64,000 nt of DNA from Pachysolen tannophilus NRRL Y-2460 (Eukaryota), in NCBI GenBank assembly GCA_001661245.1, contig KV454018.1, positions 569,569-633,568 of the forward strand, in the 5' to 3' direction. Positions 31,579 to 44,005 of the stretch are shown piece by piece. Within the stretch, counting starts at the first letter, position 1. Every line of letters begins with the position of its first letter. The notes beneath the pieces are model-generated. The model saw only the letters and a program-made list of their open reading frames with translations, was not told the origin of the DNA and did not search any database. The position numbers and the translations under genes are program-made.

Positions 31579-33711
31579 TCATTTTCTGCTGAAAGTAAAT
31601 ACAACTACTATAGACGCTGCTAATGCCACTAGAGCACTTGGTAATAACAAATGATTTGGTATACCGAAAATATCATTATCATTTAATCCTCCTGTAGTAG
31701 TCTCGATACCATTTTTCTTGTCTTTTTTAACAAACTCATATGTAACTGGAGCTTCATCATGTTTATGAATAAATAAATCTGTCTTTTCTCTTCTCAAATG
31801 CTTAGAAATTGAAACACATTGAAACAAGTCTTCATCATTTGTGATGGCAACAATATCAGCTTCATCATCGATATATGAAATAGCAAAATCAACTTTATCA
31901 TATGCTGACACTGGTACTGCTTCTTCTTCTCCTTCTCCTTCTTTCCCATTTGCAACTTGTTTCTTTGGTTGTTGTTGTTGTTGTTCTTCTTCTTCTTCTT
32001 CTATTTCTTCTTCATTGGTAAATGATAATAATTCTTGTTTGTTTAATTTAGATGAAATAATTTCTTTTAATTTGTTAAAACCTTCCGATGGCTTAAAAGA
32101 TATTCTATGAACTCTACCAACCGGTGACTTAAATTTGAAATGAAATGGATTGTCAAAATCAATTTCTTTAACAATTGAATCAGCTGTATGAGAATGACGA
32201 GATTCACTTTCTGGTGTTGGTAACAATGTACGGTTTAATTTTGAAGCAGGTAATCCTGTTCCTGAAACGCTATCAGATGGTCCAATATCTCCAGTGAATT
32301 GAGCAAGTTCTGATGTGGTAGCATCAAGATGTTGTGTATAATGAGAATGTGAATGACTATCACTATTTACTGAATGTAAAGATTCTGAATCATTATCCAA
32401 AGAAGTCCAAAATTTATTCCATGCAGGTCCTTCTTTTTCATCATCACGAGCACTATTATTAGTTGATGAAGATAAACCTTGACCATTACCATTAACTCCT
32501 GAAGCAGCAGAGCCACTACCACTATTTAAATTTTGCATAGATTTAATTTGATCCAATGTAGCATATGTTAATTTTAAAACTTCAACAATACCAATTATTT
32601 CATTTGATTCATCATCTATAACTGGTAAATTTAAATATCTTCCATCAAACATTTTTCTTAAAGCTTGATGAATAGATAAATTACTACTAGCATAATCTGG
32701 TTTTGGAGTCATAACTCTAATAACTGAACAAGTTTTTGGATCTAAACCTGCAGCAATAACTCTCAAGACAACATCTTTTGAAGTGAAAATTCCCGTTACT
32801 TCATCATTATTTTTACTATCTTTAACTAATACAGCTGTAGTTCTATTATTTTTCATTAGTATTGCTGCATCATTTGCAGTTGCTTTAATATCGATATAAA
32901 CAGGAACAGTAGATTCATCTAATACATCATTTAAAGTTGGACCTTCAATTAAACTTTTTAAATCTTCAAAATATTGAATTATTTGTAATGATTGAGAACC
33001 AATGGTAGAACCACCAATTTCATTATTAACACCTTCTAAAGCATCTTGTAATTTTTTATTATTTTCATACATTCTTTCTAATTTTAACATTGCTTCATTA
33101 TAACATTTAGTAATATCCAAGACACTAACAATTTGATTTGCTTCATTTACAATTGGTAAATGTCTAAAACCTTTACTAACCATAAGATTTAAAGCATCAG
33201 AAGCTAAAGTTGTTGTTTTACAACACATTGGATTTGGAGTCATAATTTGATCAACAGTTGTTGTATTAGCATTTAAATTAGAACCAACTATTCTAAAAGC
33301 TAAATCTTTTGCAGTAAATATACCTAATAATTCATCTTCATCATTAACAACCAAGACACAATTTTCCTTTTTAATTGACATTATTTGAGAAGCTTCATAA
33401 ACAGTTAAATTTGGTTTACAAATAATAGGTTCTGAAGGTTTTAAAGATAATACAGAACCTGGGGAAGTAGATTTAAATTTTTTCTTTGAAGGAGATGTAA
33501 CCTGTTGAACAGAGTTTCTTTTCTTCTTTAAATCATTTTCAATTTTCCTTCTAATAGCTTCATCCCTTTTTGATTGTCTCTTTCTTGAATCATTCATATC
33601 AGGAGGATTAATCATTGCATTGTTTCCATTATTAATATTGATATTGTTCCCACTATTGTTTGTAATATTCGACAACGCAGACTGTGATCTTCTTGGTGAT
33701 CTATTGGACAT
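31579..33711 (-). CDS. 4xCBS + PB1 domain protein with C-terminal TM anchor (Mug70-like)
   Basis: GIFTAKDLAFR, GFRHLPIV, GIFTSKDVVLRV, GRYLNLPV, FKFKSPVGRVHR and SYIDDEADIVAITNDEDL. Confidence 0.88.
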   Translation of the reverse strand: MSNRSPRRSQSALSNITNNSGNNININNGNNAMINPPDMNDSRKRQSKRDEAIRRKIENDLKKKRNSVQQVTSPSKKKFKSTSPGSVLSLKPSEPIICKPNLTVYEASQIMSIKKENCVLVVNDEDELLGIFTAKDLAFRIVGSNLNANTTTVDQIMTPNPMCCKTTTLASDALNLMVSKGFRHLPIVNEANQIVSVLDITKCYNEAMLKLERMYENNKKLQDALEGVNNEIGGSTIGSQSLQIIQYFEDLKSLIEGPTLNDVLDESTVPVYIDIKATANDAAILMKNNRTTAVLVKDSKNNDEVTGIFTSKDVVLRVIAAGLDPKTCSVIRVMTPKPDYASSNLSIHQALRKMFDGRYLNLPVIDDESNEIIGIVEVLKLTYATLDQIKSMQNLNSGSGSAASGVNGNGQGLSSSTNNSARDDEKEGPAWNKFWTSLDNDSESLHSVNSDSHSHSHYTQHLDATTSELAQFTGDIGPSDSVSGTGLPASKLNRTLLPTPESESRHSHTADSIVKEIDFDNPFHFKFKSPVGRVHRISFKPSEGFNKLKEIISSKLNKQELLSFTNEEEIEEEEEEQQQQQPKKQVANGKEGEGEEEAVPVSAYDKVDFAISYIDDEADIVAITNDEDLFQCVSISKHLRREKTDLFIHKHDEAPVTYEFVKKDKKNGIETTTGGLNDNDIFGIPNHLLLPSALVALAASIVVVFTFSRK

Positions 33712-34595
33712 TTTTTTTAAAAAAAAAAAAAAAGAATTAACTTAACCAACAACCAACTATCAAACTATGGAACTATCAAACTTGTACAAAATAAAATAAA
33801 ACACAAAATAAATTAACCTCTCTTTCTTTCACTCTATTCTCACTATTTCTACTTTATTTTTTTCTTTATTTTATTTTATTTTATTTTATTTTAATTTAGT
33901 TTTCTTTTTTTTCCTACTTTTCCCACTTAAACTCCTCCTACTTAGTTAGTATTTTTTACCTTCCACTATGTTTACACAAAAATGTAAACAAAAACAAAAA
34001 CAAAAACAAAAAATAAAAAAAAATAAAAAAAAAAACCGTTTGGCAGATTTTAAAAGAAAAAAAAAAATACAATTAAACGTGCAAATAGCAGAATGATCTT
34101 TTTTTATTTTTTATTTTTTATTTTTTTTTCCCCCTTTTAAAGATAAAAAAAGAAAACAAAAGATAACAAACAAGAAAAGAACAAGGGGATTCTTGACAAG
34201 ATGATGGATAACAATACCTTGAGTAATGGCGGTTAGTTTGAAACTGCTATATAATGGAAGCTATAAGTTGTGGGAATACAAATCGGCTATTGAAAAGCAA
34301 AAAAAAAGTGGGTGGAAATGAGGTGACTGCACTTGTTGCTTTTTTATCCCCTTTGTTTAAAATATATAATTAAAGAAAACAAGGAGTATGTGAAAAAGGG
34401 GATATCCCCCATTATTTATATATAAATATTTATAAAAAATATTTAAATTTATTATAAATCCATTGGCGGCTAATTTTATAAGTGGTTGTTTTCTTTTTTT
34501 TAAAAAAAACTTATATTTAAAGGGGTAGAAGTATTAGATTATTTTTTATTTTTTCTTTTCCTTTTGATTTGAAGAAATAAATAAAAACAAATAAT

Positions 34596-35516
34596 ATGGT
34601 GGTTAGTTTGATTTTCCATTATTTGAGTTTGATTCCTGTTTTCCAATATGTTGTTAATTTTGCACAAGATTTTATCATTGGTATTTTGAAAACTGGGCCA
34701 ATTCCACATCATGTTGCCTTTGTTATGGATGGTAATAGGAGATATGCTAAAAACAATACAATGGCTTTAAAAGAAGGACATAATGCGGGGCTGGAAACTC
34801 TTGTTAAAGTTTTAGATTTTTCATATAGATTAGGTATTAAAGCAGTTACCATTTACGCTTTTTCAATTGAAAATTTTAATAGACCTAAACTGGAAGTGGA
34901 TACTTTATTTGAATTATTAAAATCAAAATTGGTTTATATTAGTCAAAGTGGTGAATATGCTGATAAACATGGTATTAAAATTAAAATTATAGGTAATAAA
35001 TCAATGATTCCAGAAGAAATTTTAAAAGATTTAAATAAAGTTGAAGAAAAAACACTGAAAAATAAAACTTTTTTATTAAATGTTTGTTTCCCATATACTT
35101 CAAGAGATGATATTACAAATTGTATTATAAAAATTGTTAAAAAAGTTAAAGAAGAAAAAACTATTTCTATAGATGAAATTGATGAAGATTTATTAAATGA
35201 ACACATGTATTTCGGTAATGAATATCCTAATGTTGATGTTTTAGTTAGAACTTCTGGTCATACAAGATTAAGTGATTTTATGTTATGGCAAACAAATAAA
35301 GATTCTGTAATTACTTTTGATAATTCTTTATGGCCAGAATTTGGATTCATTAATTATATGAATATAATCTTAAAATATAGTTATTATAAAAATTTGCAAT
35401 TACAACAAATTAAATTTAAACCTAAGAAATCAAAAAATGATACCCAAATTGCAAATAATAACATTGAAGAATTGATCAATAATCATCCACCTTATGCTTC
35501 AGTTACTGGTAACTAA
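34596..35516 (+). CDS. SRT1: cis-prenyltransferase (dehydrodolichyl diphosphate synthase), Srt1-type
   Basis: HVAFVMDGNRRYAK, YAFSIENFNRP and RTSGHTRLSDFMLWQ; C-terminal SVTG as in Srt1 (Rer2 is the paralogue). Confidence 0.8.
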   Translation: MVVSLIFHYLSLIPVFQYVVNFAQDFIIGILKTGPIPHHVAFVMDGNRRYAKNNTMALKEGHNAGLETLVKVLDFSYRLGIKAVTIYAFSIENFNRPKLEVDTLFELLKSKLVYISQSGEYADKHGIKIKIIGNKSMIPEEILKDLNKVEEKTLKNKTFLLNVCFPYTSRDDITNCIIKIVKKVKEEKTISIDEIDEDLLNEHMYFGNEYPNVDVLVRTSGHTRLSDFMLWQTNKDSVITFDNSLWPEFGFINYMNIILKYSYYKNLQLQQIKFKPKKSKNDTQIANNNIEELINNHPPYASVTGN

Positions 35517-35998
35517 TTTTTTTTTTCAAAAAAAAAAAAAAAAAAGAACTTTAATTTACTACACACACNNNNNNNNNNNNNNNNNNNNNNNNNNNNNNNN
35601 NNNNNNNNNNNNNNNNNNNNNNNNNNNNNNNNNNNNNNNNNNNNNNNNNNNNNNNNNNNNNNNNNNNNNNNNNNNNNNNNNNNNNNNNNNNNNNNNNNNN
35701 NNNNNNNNNNNNNNNNNNNNNNNNNNNNNNNNNNNNNNNNNNNNNNNNNNNNNNNNNNNNNNNNNNNNNNNNNNNNNNNNNNNNNNNNNNNNNNNNNNNN
35801 NNNNNNNNNNNNNNNNNNNNNNNNNNNNNNNNNNNNNNNNNNNNNNNNNNNNNNNNNNNNNNNNNNNNNNNNNNNNNNNNNNNNNNNNNNNNNNNNNNNN
35901 NNNNNNNNNNNNNNNNNNNNNNNNNNNNNNNNNNNNNNNNNNNNNNNNNNNNNNNNNNNNNNNNNNNNNNNNNNNNNNNNNNNNNNNNNNNNNNNNNN

Positions 35999-36030
<32 letters not shown>

Positions 36031-36040
36031 TGATTTAAAT

Positions 36041-36682
36041 TTATTCATTTTCTTTATTTTTGCCAAATGTGACCGTCTCTACCACCTTCTTCACTTCTTT
36101 CTTCTTCCTCTCCTTTTCCTTTGCATCATCTAGTTTTAACAAGTAACCGTTAAATACAACTACTTCTGCAACTAAAACAAGTAAACCGAAAAATAAAGAC
36201 ATTAATATTCTGGCCCCATCATCCATATATGTCGAAGAGCCAGTCCAATACCATATAGCATACATCACAGATACTACACTAATCAATATATTGACTATTG
36301 TAGTCAATTGATGTTTCAACTCTTTTGCCATTTGTGAAGGTTTATTTGTAAAATCATTATCATACATAGATAATGAATTTGTAGATGATTTTATTAATTG
36401 CTGATATTCATATTCTTGTTGTCTTATTTTTAAAATCTCTTGATTCTTAAGAAACTCCAGACTCTTTGGTACTTCTACTTCTTCAAATTTTTTCCTTTTA
36501 ACATCAGCATTTTCAAGTAATTGTATTAATCCTATACTGCTTTCTGATGATCTGCATAATTGAATTAAATCATTATGTGATATCCATTTTCTTTTCGAAA
36601 TAACCTCTTTTGTAGCTTCATCTATCACCTTAGATGCCCTCACTTCTTTCAAGATCCTATCCGTTAAAATGATTCTAGTCAT
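36041..36682 (-). CDS. VPH2: V-ATPase assembly factor Vma12/Vph2
   Basis: KELKHQLTTIVNILISVVSV..LFFGLLVLVAEVVVF two-TM signature; first ATG at 36682. Confidence 0.85.
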   Translation of the reverse strand: MTRIILTDRILKEVRASKVIDEATKEVISKRKWISHNDLIQLCRSSESSIGLIQLLENADVKRKKFEEVEVPKSLEFLKNQEILKIRQQEYEYQQLIKSSTNSLSMYDNDFTNKPSQMAKELKHQLTTIVNILISVVSVMYAIWYWTGSSTYMDDGARILMSLFFGLLVLVAEVVVFNGYLLKLDDAKEKERKKKEVKKVVETVTFGKNKENE

Positions 36683-36905
36683 TATATTCTCCAATCCGTC
36701 TTATTCTTGATATATTCTATATTTTTCATATAATCATCATCTTTAATATTAATTTTTTATTTACATATACTGAAAAAAGTGAAGAAATAATAAAAAAAAA
36801 AAAATTATTATTATTTCAAAAGGCAAAAGAAAGGTACAATTTACATTAAAACTAAATATAATATATTATTATTCATATGAATTTATTCTGTTAAACGATT
36901 GCATT

Positions 36906-38267
36906 ATGACTGTGACTTCTAAATATTCTTCTACTATTGTTGGTGCTTTGGCTTGTCAAAGGGAATCATATTTGAAAAAACTTACCACTAGAGTTGTTAA
37001 TTGCAATGAACAAATTTATAGAGATGAATCATCGTCGGCAAAGAAATCTTCATCAAAAAAAAATTTGAAAAATGAAGTTGTTGATAAGATAAAAGAAGAT
37101 GGAAGCTCTTTACCTAGATATCAAATTGAATTGGAAGATACTATTTTATTTCCGTTGGGTGGTGGACAACCTTCTGATCAAGGTTATATCTCTTATAATG
37201 ACAAGAAAATTCCAGTTTTATCGGTTATTAGAGATGGATTGATTGCAAGACATATCACACCTGAACCGATTCAAGTTGGTACAGAGGTTGAATTATCTTT
37301 AGATTGGAAAAGAAGATTTGATCATATGCAACAACATACTGGTCAACATCTTTTGAGTGCCATATTGGATAGGTATGAATTACCAACACTTAGTTGGGCA
37401 ATGGGTGAAATGATCAATTATGTTGAGATTCCAAGGAAATTAACTGAAGAAGAAATTGAAAAAATAAATGAAGAAGTAAATGATGCAATTTACGCTAATA
37501 TTGAAGTCAATGTAGAGGTGCCTCATAAAGACCAGGTTGATAAATCTAAAATGCCAGAAGATTATGATTTAGAAAAAGGTATATTAAGAGTCGTTCACAT
37601 TGGAAATTTAGATTCAAACCCTTGTTGTGGAACACATTTATCTTCAACGTTGCAAATCAATTCAATTTGTTTATTACATCAACTGAGTGTTAGAGGAACT
37701 AATTCCAGGTTATTTTTCTTAGCAGGAGATAGAGTTAGAAAATATGCAAAATATTCACATAATATTTTGAAAAATTTGAATTCAACATTGTCATGTCAAA
37801 CAGATGAAATCTTGGATAAAGTTTCTTTATTATCCAATAATTTACAGAAAACTTCAAAAAGGGAAACAAATTGGATAAAAGAGATTGTTAATTATAAAGT
37901 TGAAGATTTGAAGAAAAATTTTGAAAAAAATGACTTCGATTACTTATATAGACCAGATGTTGGATTAGAATTTATTAATCAAATTTTCAAAGATATAAAC
38001 CAATTTTTAAAAGAAAACCCATCCAAAAACTTGGTCTTGCTATCTGGAGAGGGGAAAACTGGTGGATCTTTGATTATAATGGGTAATAAAACTGATGAAA
38101 TTGCTTCTTCAATGAAAAAACTAATCAAGAACTTGAAAGGTGGAGGAAAGGGTAAGTTCCAAGGGAAAATAACTTCTTTTGAAAAAAATGAAACTGAAAA
38201 CATTAAAAAGTATTTAGATTCTTTAAAAGAAGCCGAAACATTGACTTTGGAAAATTTAACTATTTAA
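36906..38267 (+). CDS. AlaX trans-editing protein (YNL040W-like)
   Basis: VGALACQRESY, DTILFPLGGGQPSD, HMQQHTGQHLLSA, CCGTH and KGGGKGKFQGK. Confidence 0.9.
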   Translation: MTVTSKYSSTIVGALACQRESYLKKLTTRVVNCNEQIYRDESSSAKKSSSKKNLKNEVVDKIKEDGSSLPRYQIELEDTILFPLGGGQPSDQGYISYNDKKIPVLSVIRDGLIARHITPEPIQVGTEVELSLDWKRRFDHMQQHTGQHLLSAILDRYELPTLSWAMGEMINYVEIPRKLTEEEIEKINEEVNDAIYANIEVNVEVPHKDQVDKSKMPEDYDLEKGILRVVHIGNLDSNPCCGTHLSSTLQINSICLLHQLSVRGTNSRLFFLAGDRVRKYAKYSHNILKNLNSTLSCQTDEILDKVSLLSNNLQKTSKRETNWIKEIVNYKVEDLKKNFEKNDFDYLYRPDVGLEFINQIFKDINQFLKENPSKNLVLLSGEGKTGGSLIIMGNKTDEIASSMKKLIKNLKGGGKGKFQGKITSFEKNETENIKKYLDSLKEAETLTLENLTI

Positions 38268-38994
38268 ACGTTCATATATATATATATATTTGCGTATCTA
38301 TTTATTTCATATTTATAAAAATATTTATAGGACATTTTTTGAAGTGGTAAAATATTCATCAGATGGTGTAGTGATGATTTTTTTTTTGAAATATTAAAGA
38401 TATTAAGCGGTGTACCAGCTTTATCTTAAGCAACATTTCGAGTTTTTACGTTAAAGATGGATTTGTTGTTTTAAGATATCTTCTGCCTTATAAAGTTTAT
38501 CCTTTATTTTAAACAAAACTACAAAAAATAATTACTCTGATTCGAAACATTCTTTACCGCAAAATAATGAGAATGATGCAAATATTATTTCAAGATTAAT
38601 TGGAATAGAGGCAATTATGCTCAATCGTTGACAATGACTATTTTCTGTGACTTTACAAGGTAAAGAACAAAACAGGAAGTAGACAACAGGTAGGACCAAA
38701 AAAAAAAAAAGAAGTCCTAAACTACTGATTGAAAATCATCATCTAGGAGAAAACTCATACATTAAGAGCTGTTATTTTCTGATCGTAAAGTTTTATTTCG
38801 AAATGATGATTTATGTAATTAAAGCTTGAACAGGAAAAAAAAAAGTCTAAAAAATGCACACAACTATATTTATTTTAATCATTATTGATCGAAAAAAATT
38901 TTGTATTTCATAGTGTAAATCATTGGATTTTAGTTTTGATTAAATGGTTGTTTAATATTCAAATATTTGGATAAAAGTTTCTCACTTTATTGAT

Positions 38995-39402
38995 TCATTG
39001 TGCATGTCGATAGTATTCTTCTTCTTCGCTATCGTCACCACTACTGACTTTTATCATGTCATCCCTTTCATTATCATTATTGTTGTTATTGTATGTTTGT
39101 CTAAAGTAATTAAATCTTCTTCTTGCTTTAATCCATAAATCTTTTGCAGTATTATTTAAAGATGACCAAATGTCTTTTGTGTCAACTGATGCATAGGTAC
39201 TCATACCGTCTCTAATGAAGTTAAATGATAAAGTTGAATTAGATGACTTCAAGGTATTATTGTTCATGTCATTGTTATGATTTATTACTCCATTTGGAAC
39301 AAAATTGATATGTGGTTGGTAATTATAATTATTAGATACAGGAGAATTTTTAAAAATATTATTGTTGTCGTTAAAATTGAAGTTGAATTTGAATGTAGCA
39401 CT

Positions 39403-39438
<36 letters not shown>

Positions 39439-40925
39439 GGCATTATTATTGGCATTATAAACATCTTGTTTTATCCTTCTTAGTAAAGGATTTTTTCTTT
39501 TCAGTGTTGGTTTTTTCAATTTATTAAGTAAATAATTATTGTGATCTTGAATTTTTTTCAAATCACAATATAGTTTATCTAAACCATTTGTATTTGAGAT
39601 ATTATTAATTTGAGAATTTTCAAAAATTTCTCTTTCTAATGAATTACATTGTTTTTTAAATGAAGGTTCTATATCACAATTTTGAAATTGATCTGATTTT
39701 TTCAAATGGAAAGAAAGAGAATTAAAAGAAGATTCTAATTCTTCATATATTTCATCACCATTATCTTCTTTATTATTCCAAGTTGATAAGTTATTTTCTT
39801 GAATTTGTAAATTATTTATTAGATGAATCAATTTTTCATAAGTTTCAGTACACTTAGAGCAAACCAATTCTTTATATCGATTGTCATTATTAAGTTTAGA
39901 AGTTGATGATGGAATTAAAGTTGATATTTCATATAATGGAACTTCACAAAGGCAGCAATGTCTTAATGGAAAATCTTGTTTAGTTTTAATATTTTTTGAA
40001 AAAAAATTTCCCAGTAATGAAACAGGAGAATCATTTATCATAAAATTTTCTAATTGAGGAACTTTTTCAGATGTCAGAAAATTTTTTATCAATGTACTTG
40101 ATGATGGTATAATATTTCTTTGTTTTTTTTTTCAATTTCTCCAATAGATTTTTTAAAATCTAATATTGAAATGCTCTTATTTTGATTCAATGTTTTTTTT
40201 TCTTCTATATAATCTTCAATTAATACAATTGAAGATTGATGAGTTGTATCAAGGTTGCTATTATCTTGATCATTATTAGTATGTAAAGCGCCATCACCAT
40301 TTAAAGCACCGTCACTATCTTTATTTGGTTCTGCTGAATCCAAATTAGGTGGATCTATTGGGAAAGAAGTTAATCCAGAATCCAATAAATCCAACCTTGA
40401 AGGTCTATGTTTAATAATATTTGGTTTTGAAATTTTTCTTTTCAAATAATGATATCTATTACTATTGTTTAATCGTGTTGGAGAATTATTCATATTTAAA
40501 AATTTTGATTCTGATAAAGAAGGTGATTGCAACTTTACTTCTAACATCATGGGTGTTGTATTATTTCCAAGTACCTTATCATCTTCCAAGATTTCAAATG
40601 AATTACCGCTGTTAGTTAAACAATCCAGACTCTGATTTAATGTACCTGTAATTGATCCCATCATTTCTTCTAATAAAATCGAATTTTTCCCATTCGATTT
40701 CAAATCACTATTCCCTCCAAGAAAACATTGCCGCTGTTGATTTTGACTAAAATAAGCAATCTCTTTCAAAGGTGTAACTGTTGATGATCTTGACTTGTTA
40801 TTATAACTCAAATTCCCATTTCTCACATGTGAAAACATACTATTTTTAGTATTTTCTAAAATATCCTCATCCATCAATAAATTATTATCATCATCATCTT
40901 TCACCACTCCAGTAGTCATTTCCAT
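38995..40925 (-). CDS. Uncharacterised protein with CxxC...CxxC motif, split by a frameshift at an A10 run (40132-40123)
   Basis: Two abutting ORFs join as ...GEIEKKKQRNIIPSSSTLIKNF with one added A (643 aa). Contains CCLCEVPLYEIS..LVCSKC; family not recognised. Confidence 0.62.
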
Positions 40926-41238
40926 AACTCTGTTACCTTTCCTATAGTGTGTCAACCTTCCCACTTTTCAATCTTAGACTATCATCAAAAAAGCCAATAA
41001 ATCACCTCCGCTATCAATTAGGAAAAACAATATATATTATTATTGCATTTATTCTATGTACAATTTTTCTTTGTTCTTTTTTCCTTTGTTTACCTTTTAG
41101 CTATTTTGTATGGTGAAATCTCTCACTAAGGAAAAGAAAATTGAGGTAGTGCGCATTTATTTCAAAAAATCAAAAAGAGGAAGTATTAAACTGGTATCTA
41201 ATGGGTTTTGCCAGGGAAGTTTCCCTTCCAAGAAAGTT

Positions 41239-41312
41239 GGTTTTGTGGTCTAGTTGGTTATGGCATCTGCTTAACACGCAGAACGTCCCCAGTTCGATCC
41301 TGGGCAAAATCA
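41239..41312 (+). tRNA. tRNA-Val(AAC)
   Basis: GGTTTTGTGGTCTAGTTGG..TT-AAC-AC..GTTCGATCC..CAAAATCA; 74-nt cloverleaf with a T-run downstream. Confidence 0.95.
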
Positions 41313-41612
41313 AGGTTTTCTTTTTATTTTTTTTAGTTACTACTTTTTTTTGTTATAATTTTTCATTTTCATTAGTTAAATTGTGTTAATTGTAGAAGAA
41401 GTAAAAGATGTAAACATCTTATTTAAGGATCTATGCCGAAAAAAAAAACATATATATGTGAATGAAAGGTATGTAAAAAGAAAGAAAAAAAGAAAAAAAA
41501 AACAAAACGAAACTTGAACAATAAAGTAAATAAAAAAAAAAATTTAACCAACCTTTTGAGCAACAGTAATAATAAACGATTAAGAAAAAGAAAAAACAGT
41601 TTTTTTTTTTTT

Positions 41613-42517
41613 TTAGTAATTATTTTCTTCAAAATATGGATGTAACAATGCTCTTTTTGCACTAATTCTACCAGCTGGGTCAAATATCAATAAATTTTCT
41701 AATAAATCAATTCCATCAGGATCTAAACTAGTTACAATTTCACTTAAATTTTTTTTTGACCATTTAGGGAAAGTTGGTTTAAAATCTGGTAAATAAGTAA
41801 TATCTGGCCAAATTTCTTCATTTGGAGTACCTAAAATTCTAAAAATTCTAAAAATTTCATCAATTTCAGAATCACCTGGAAAAATTGGTTTTCTATTACT
41901 CATTTCTGCAAATATACAACCAACAGACCACATATCAACACCAGTTGAATATTGTTTCCCACCTAATAAAATTTCTGGAGATCTATACCATAAAGTAACA
42001 ACTTCATGAGTATAAGCTCTTAAAGGAACACCAAATGCTCTTGCTAATCCAAAATCAGCTAATTTCAAATTTCCTTCTTTATCAATAAGTAAATTTTGTG
42101 GTTTTAAATCTCTATGTAAAATTCTATGAGAATGACAATATAATATACCTTTAATTAATTGCATCATAAATTTTTTAACCATATCATTACCTAATCCAAC
42201 TCCAGACGGAATTGATTCCATATATTTTTTTAAATCCATATCCAAAAATTCAAAAACTAAATACAATTTATGAGAATCAGAATGAACTATATCATATAAT
42301 CGAACAATATTATCATCTTTTAACTCTTTTAATAATGAAATTTCTCTAATAGCAGTGGAAGGAACTCCTTCATCTTCAGATTCAAGACGAATTTTTTTTA
42401 ATGCAACAATACGATTATTCTGCCTTGTATCCAAAGCTTTATAAACAACACCATAAGTACCTATACCCAAAAAACCAAAAAAATATTTTGTTTTTGACTT
42501 TGTCAGTATTAAACCTC

Positions 42518-42552
<35 letters not shown>

Positions 42553-42645
42553 TATATAGTATACCTTTAAAGAATTAGAAGAAGAAAAAAAAAACTTACC
42601 TTCGCCTACCTTTTCTAACCTTTGAAAATCAGAAAGTTCAACCAT
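41613..42645 (-). CDS. CDC28: Cyclin-dependent kinase Cdk1; exons 42645-42600 and 42460-41613, 139-nt intron, 297 aa
   Basis: [23 protein letters not shown] and GDSEID. Donor GTAAGT at 42599, branch TACTGAC, acceptor TAG ending 42461; splicing restores GEGTYG. Confidence 0.97.
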
Positions 42646-42840
42646 TCTATATATACAACAAACACACTAATAAAAAAAAATAGCCAATCTCTTTTAATTA
42701 TTCAAAGATTACCTCCACTTTCTTTTCTTTTACCCTTTATTTCCTATAATAAATTATTACAATTTTTTACTGAATTATAAAGAAATAAAAGAAAAAAAAA
42801 TTTTGAAATTCAATTTCTTTTAATTTTTTTGTCTATTTTT

Positions 42841-42859
42841 TGTTTACATTTTCACGCGT
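42841..42859. promoter_or_regulatory. Forkhead site (TGTTTAC) next to an MCB (ACGCGT) in the CDC28 promoter
   Basis: tgtttacattttcacgcgt about 200 nt upstream of the CDC28 ATG; both are cell-cycle motifs. Confidence 0.5.
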
Positions 42860-42958
42860 TCGATTTAAATTGATTTTCCACAAACTACTTGCTAATTTCC
42901 GGACTATATAAAAAGTTGTTATAAAAGATGATGAATTGAATTATATATTTCTTTTCTT

Positions 42959-44005
42959 TCAATCTTGTTTTGCAGTTTGATCTGCTAGACGTTTTGCCTT
43001 CTTTAAAGCTCTTGATCTGATACTTTTGTGCATGTTCAGGTTCAATTTGTTGGCGATACTGGAATAAGTTCCAACGGTATTAACAATAAACCAATGCATT
43101 AAAGCATGGGACCAATAAGGTGTAATTGTTGCAAATCTTTCCTGTGCACCACATCTTGATCTTCCAACATTTTTAAGGACACTAGAGACAAAATCTTTTG
43201 GGTTTGGGATTGTAGCAGATGGTCTTTTAATTTTTGACATTGCAGAAGCAACAAGATAACTGATGATCAATTCTACATCGATATTTGATGACAGTAATTC
43301 ACCAGCCAATGCATCTGACCATGCTTCCAAGAAAGCTTTTGAACCAGAATATGTGGCTAAATATGGGGTTGGTATTAAACCTGCAAATGAACCCATATTT
43401 AAAATTAAACCTTTAATTTTTTTAGATTTTGTTGTTTCAACAATTATTGGAGCAATAATTTGAGTAATTTTTAAAGTTGCAATATTATTAATTGTAATTA
43501 TATCATTAAGTTCATTAATATCAGTTTCTAAAAATGGAACTGGAATTGAATGTGATTGACCAACATTATTAACTAATATACTAATTGGTAAATTTAAATA
43601 ACAAATTTCACGAATTTTATCATAATTTTCTTTAGAATTTTTAGAAATATCAATTGCTAATTTTTTAGTTTTAACTTTATATTTTGTTTCAATTTCAGTC
43701 TGAATTAATTCTAATTTTGATTCAGTTCTAGAAATTAAAATTATATTAAATCCTTTTTTAGCTAATTGTAAAGCAAATTCTTTACCAATACCATCAGAAG
43801 CACCAGTAACAACAGCCCAAGAATTTATTGAACTACCATATTTTTTAAAATTAACAGCTGGTAAAACAAACAAATTTAAAATCATTGAAAAAAATCCTAA
43901 TGACATTATAGTCAATTTAGAAACACCAACTAATAACGCAACATAACATAACGTTTTAGTAATTATACAATTACCATCAAATTCAAATAATTCATATAAT
44001 CCCAT
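42959..44005 (-). CDS. IFA38: Very-long-chain 3-oxoacyl-CoA reductase
   Basis: WAVVTGASDGIGKEFA, LVNNVGQSHSIPVPF, YSGSK; adjacent to CDC28 as in S. cerevisiae. Confidence 0.94.
   Translation of the reverse strand: MGLYELFEFDGNCIITKTLCYVALLVGVSKLTIMSLGFFSMILNLFVLPAVNFKKYGSSINSWAVVTGASDGIGKEFALQLAKKGFNIILISRTESKLELIQTEIETKYKVKTKKLAIDISKNSKENYDKIREICYLNLPISILVNNVGQSHSIPVPFLETDINELNDIITINNIATLKITQIIAPIIVETTKSKKIKGLILNMGSFAGLIPTPYLATYSGSKAFLEAWSDALAGELLSSNIDVELIISYLVASAMSKIKRPSATIPNPKDFVSSVLKNVGRSRCGAQERFATITPYWSHALMHWFIVNTVGTYSSIANKLNLNMHKSIRSRALKKAKRLADQTAKQD

Noticed and set aside
9386..35516. Functional glycosylation/cell-wall cluster (YEA4, PMI40, GAS5, SRT1) or iron cluster (HAP43, CFD1)
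   Set aside because: The genes are interspersed with unrelated ones, and conserved synteny explains much of the neighbourhood.
41203..41216. Upstream ggttttgccaggg partly complementary to the tRNA-Val 3' end
   Set aside because: Short and imperfect; compatible with chance.
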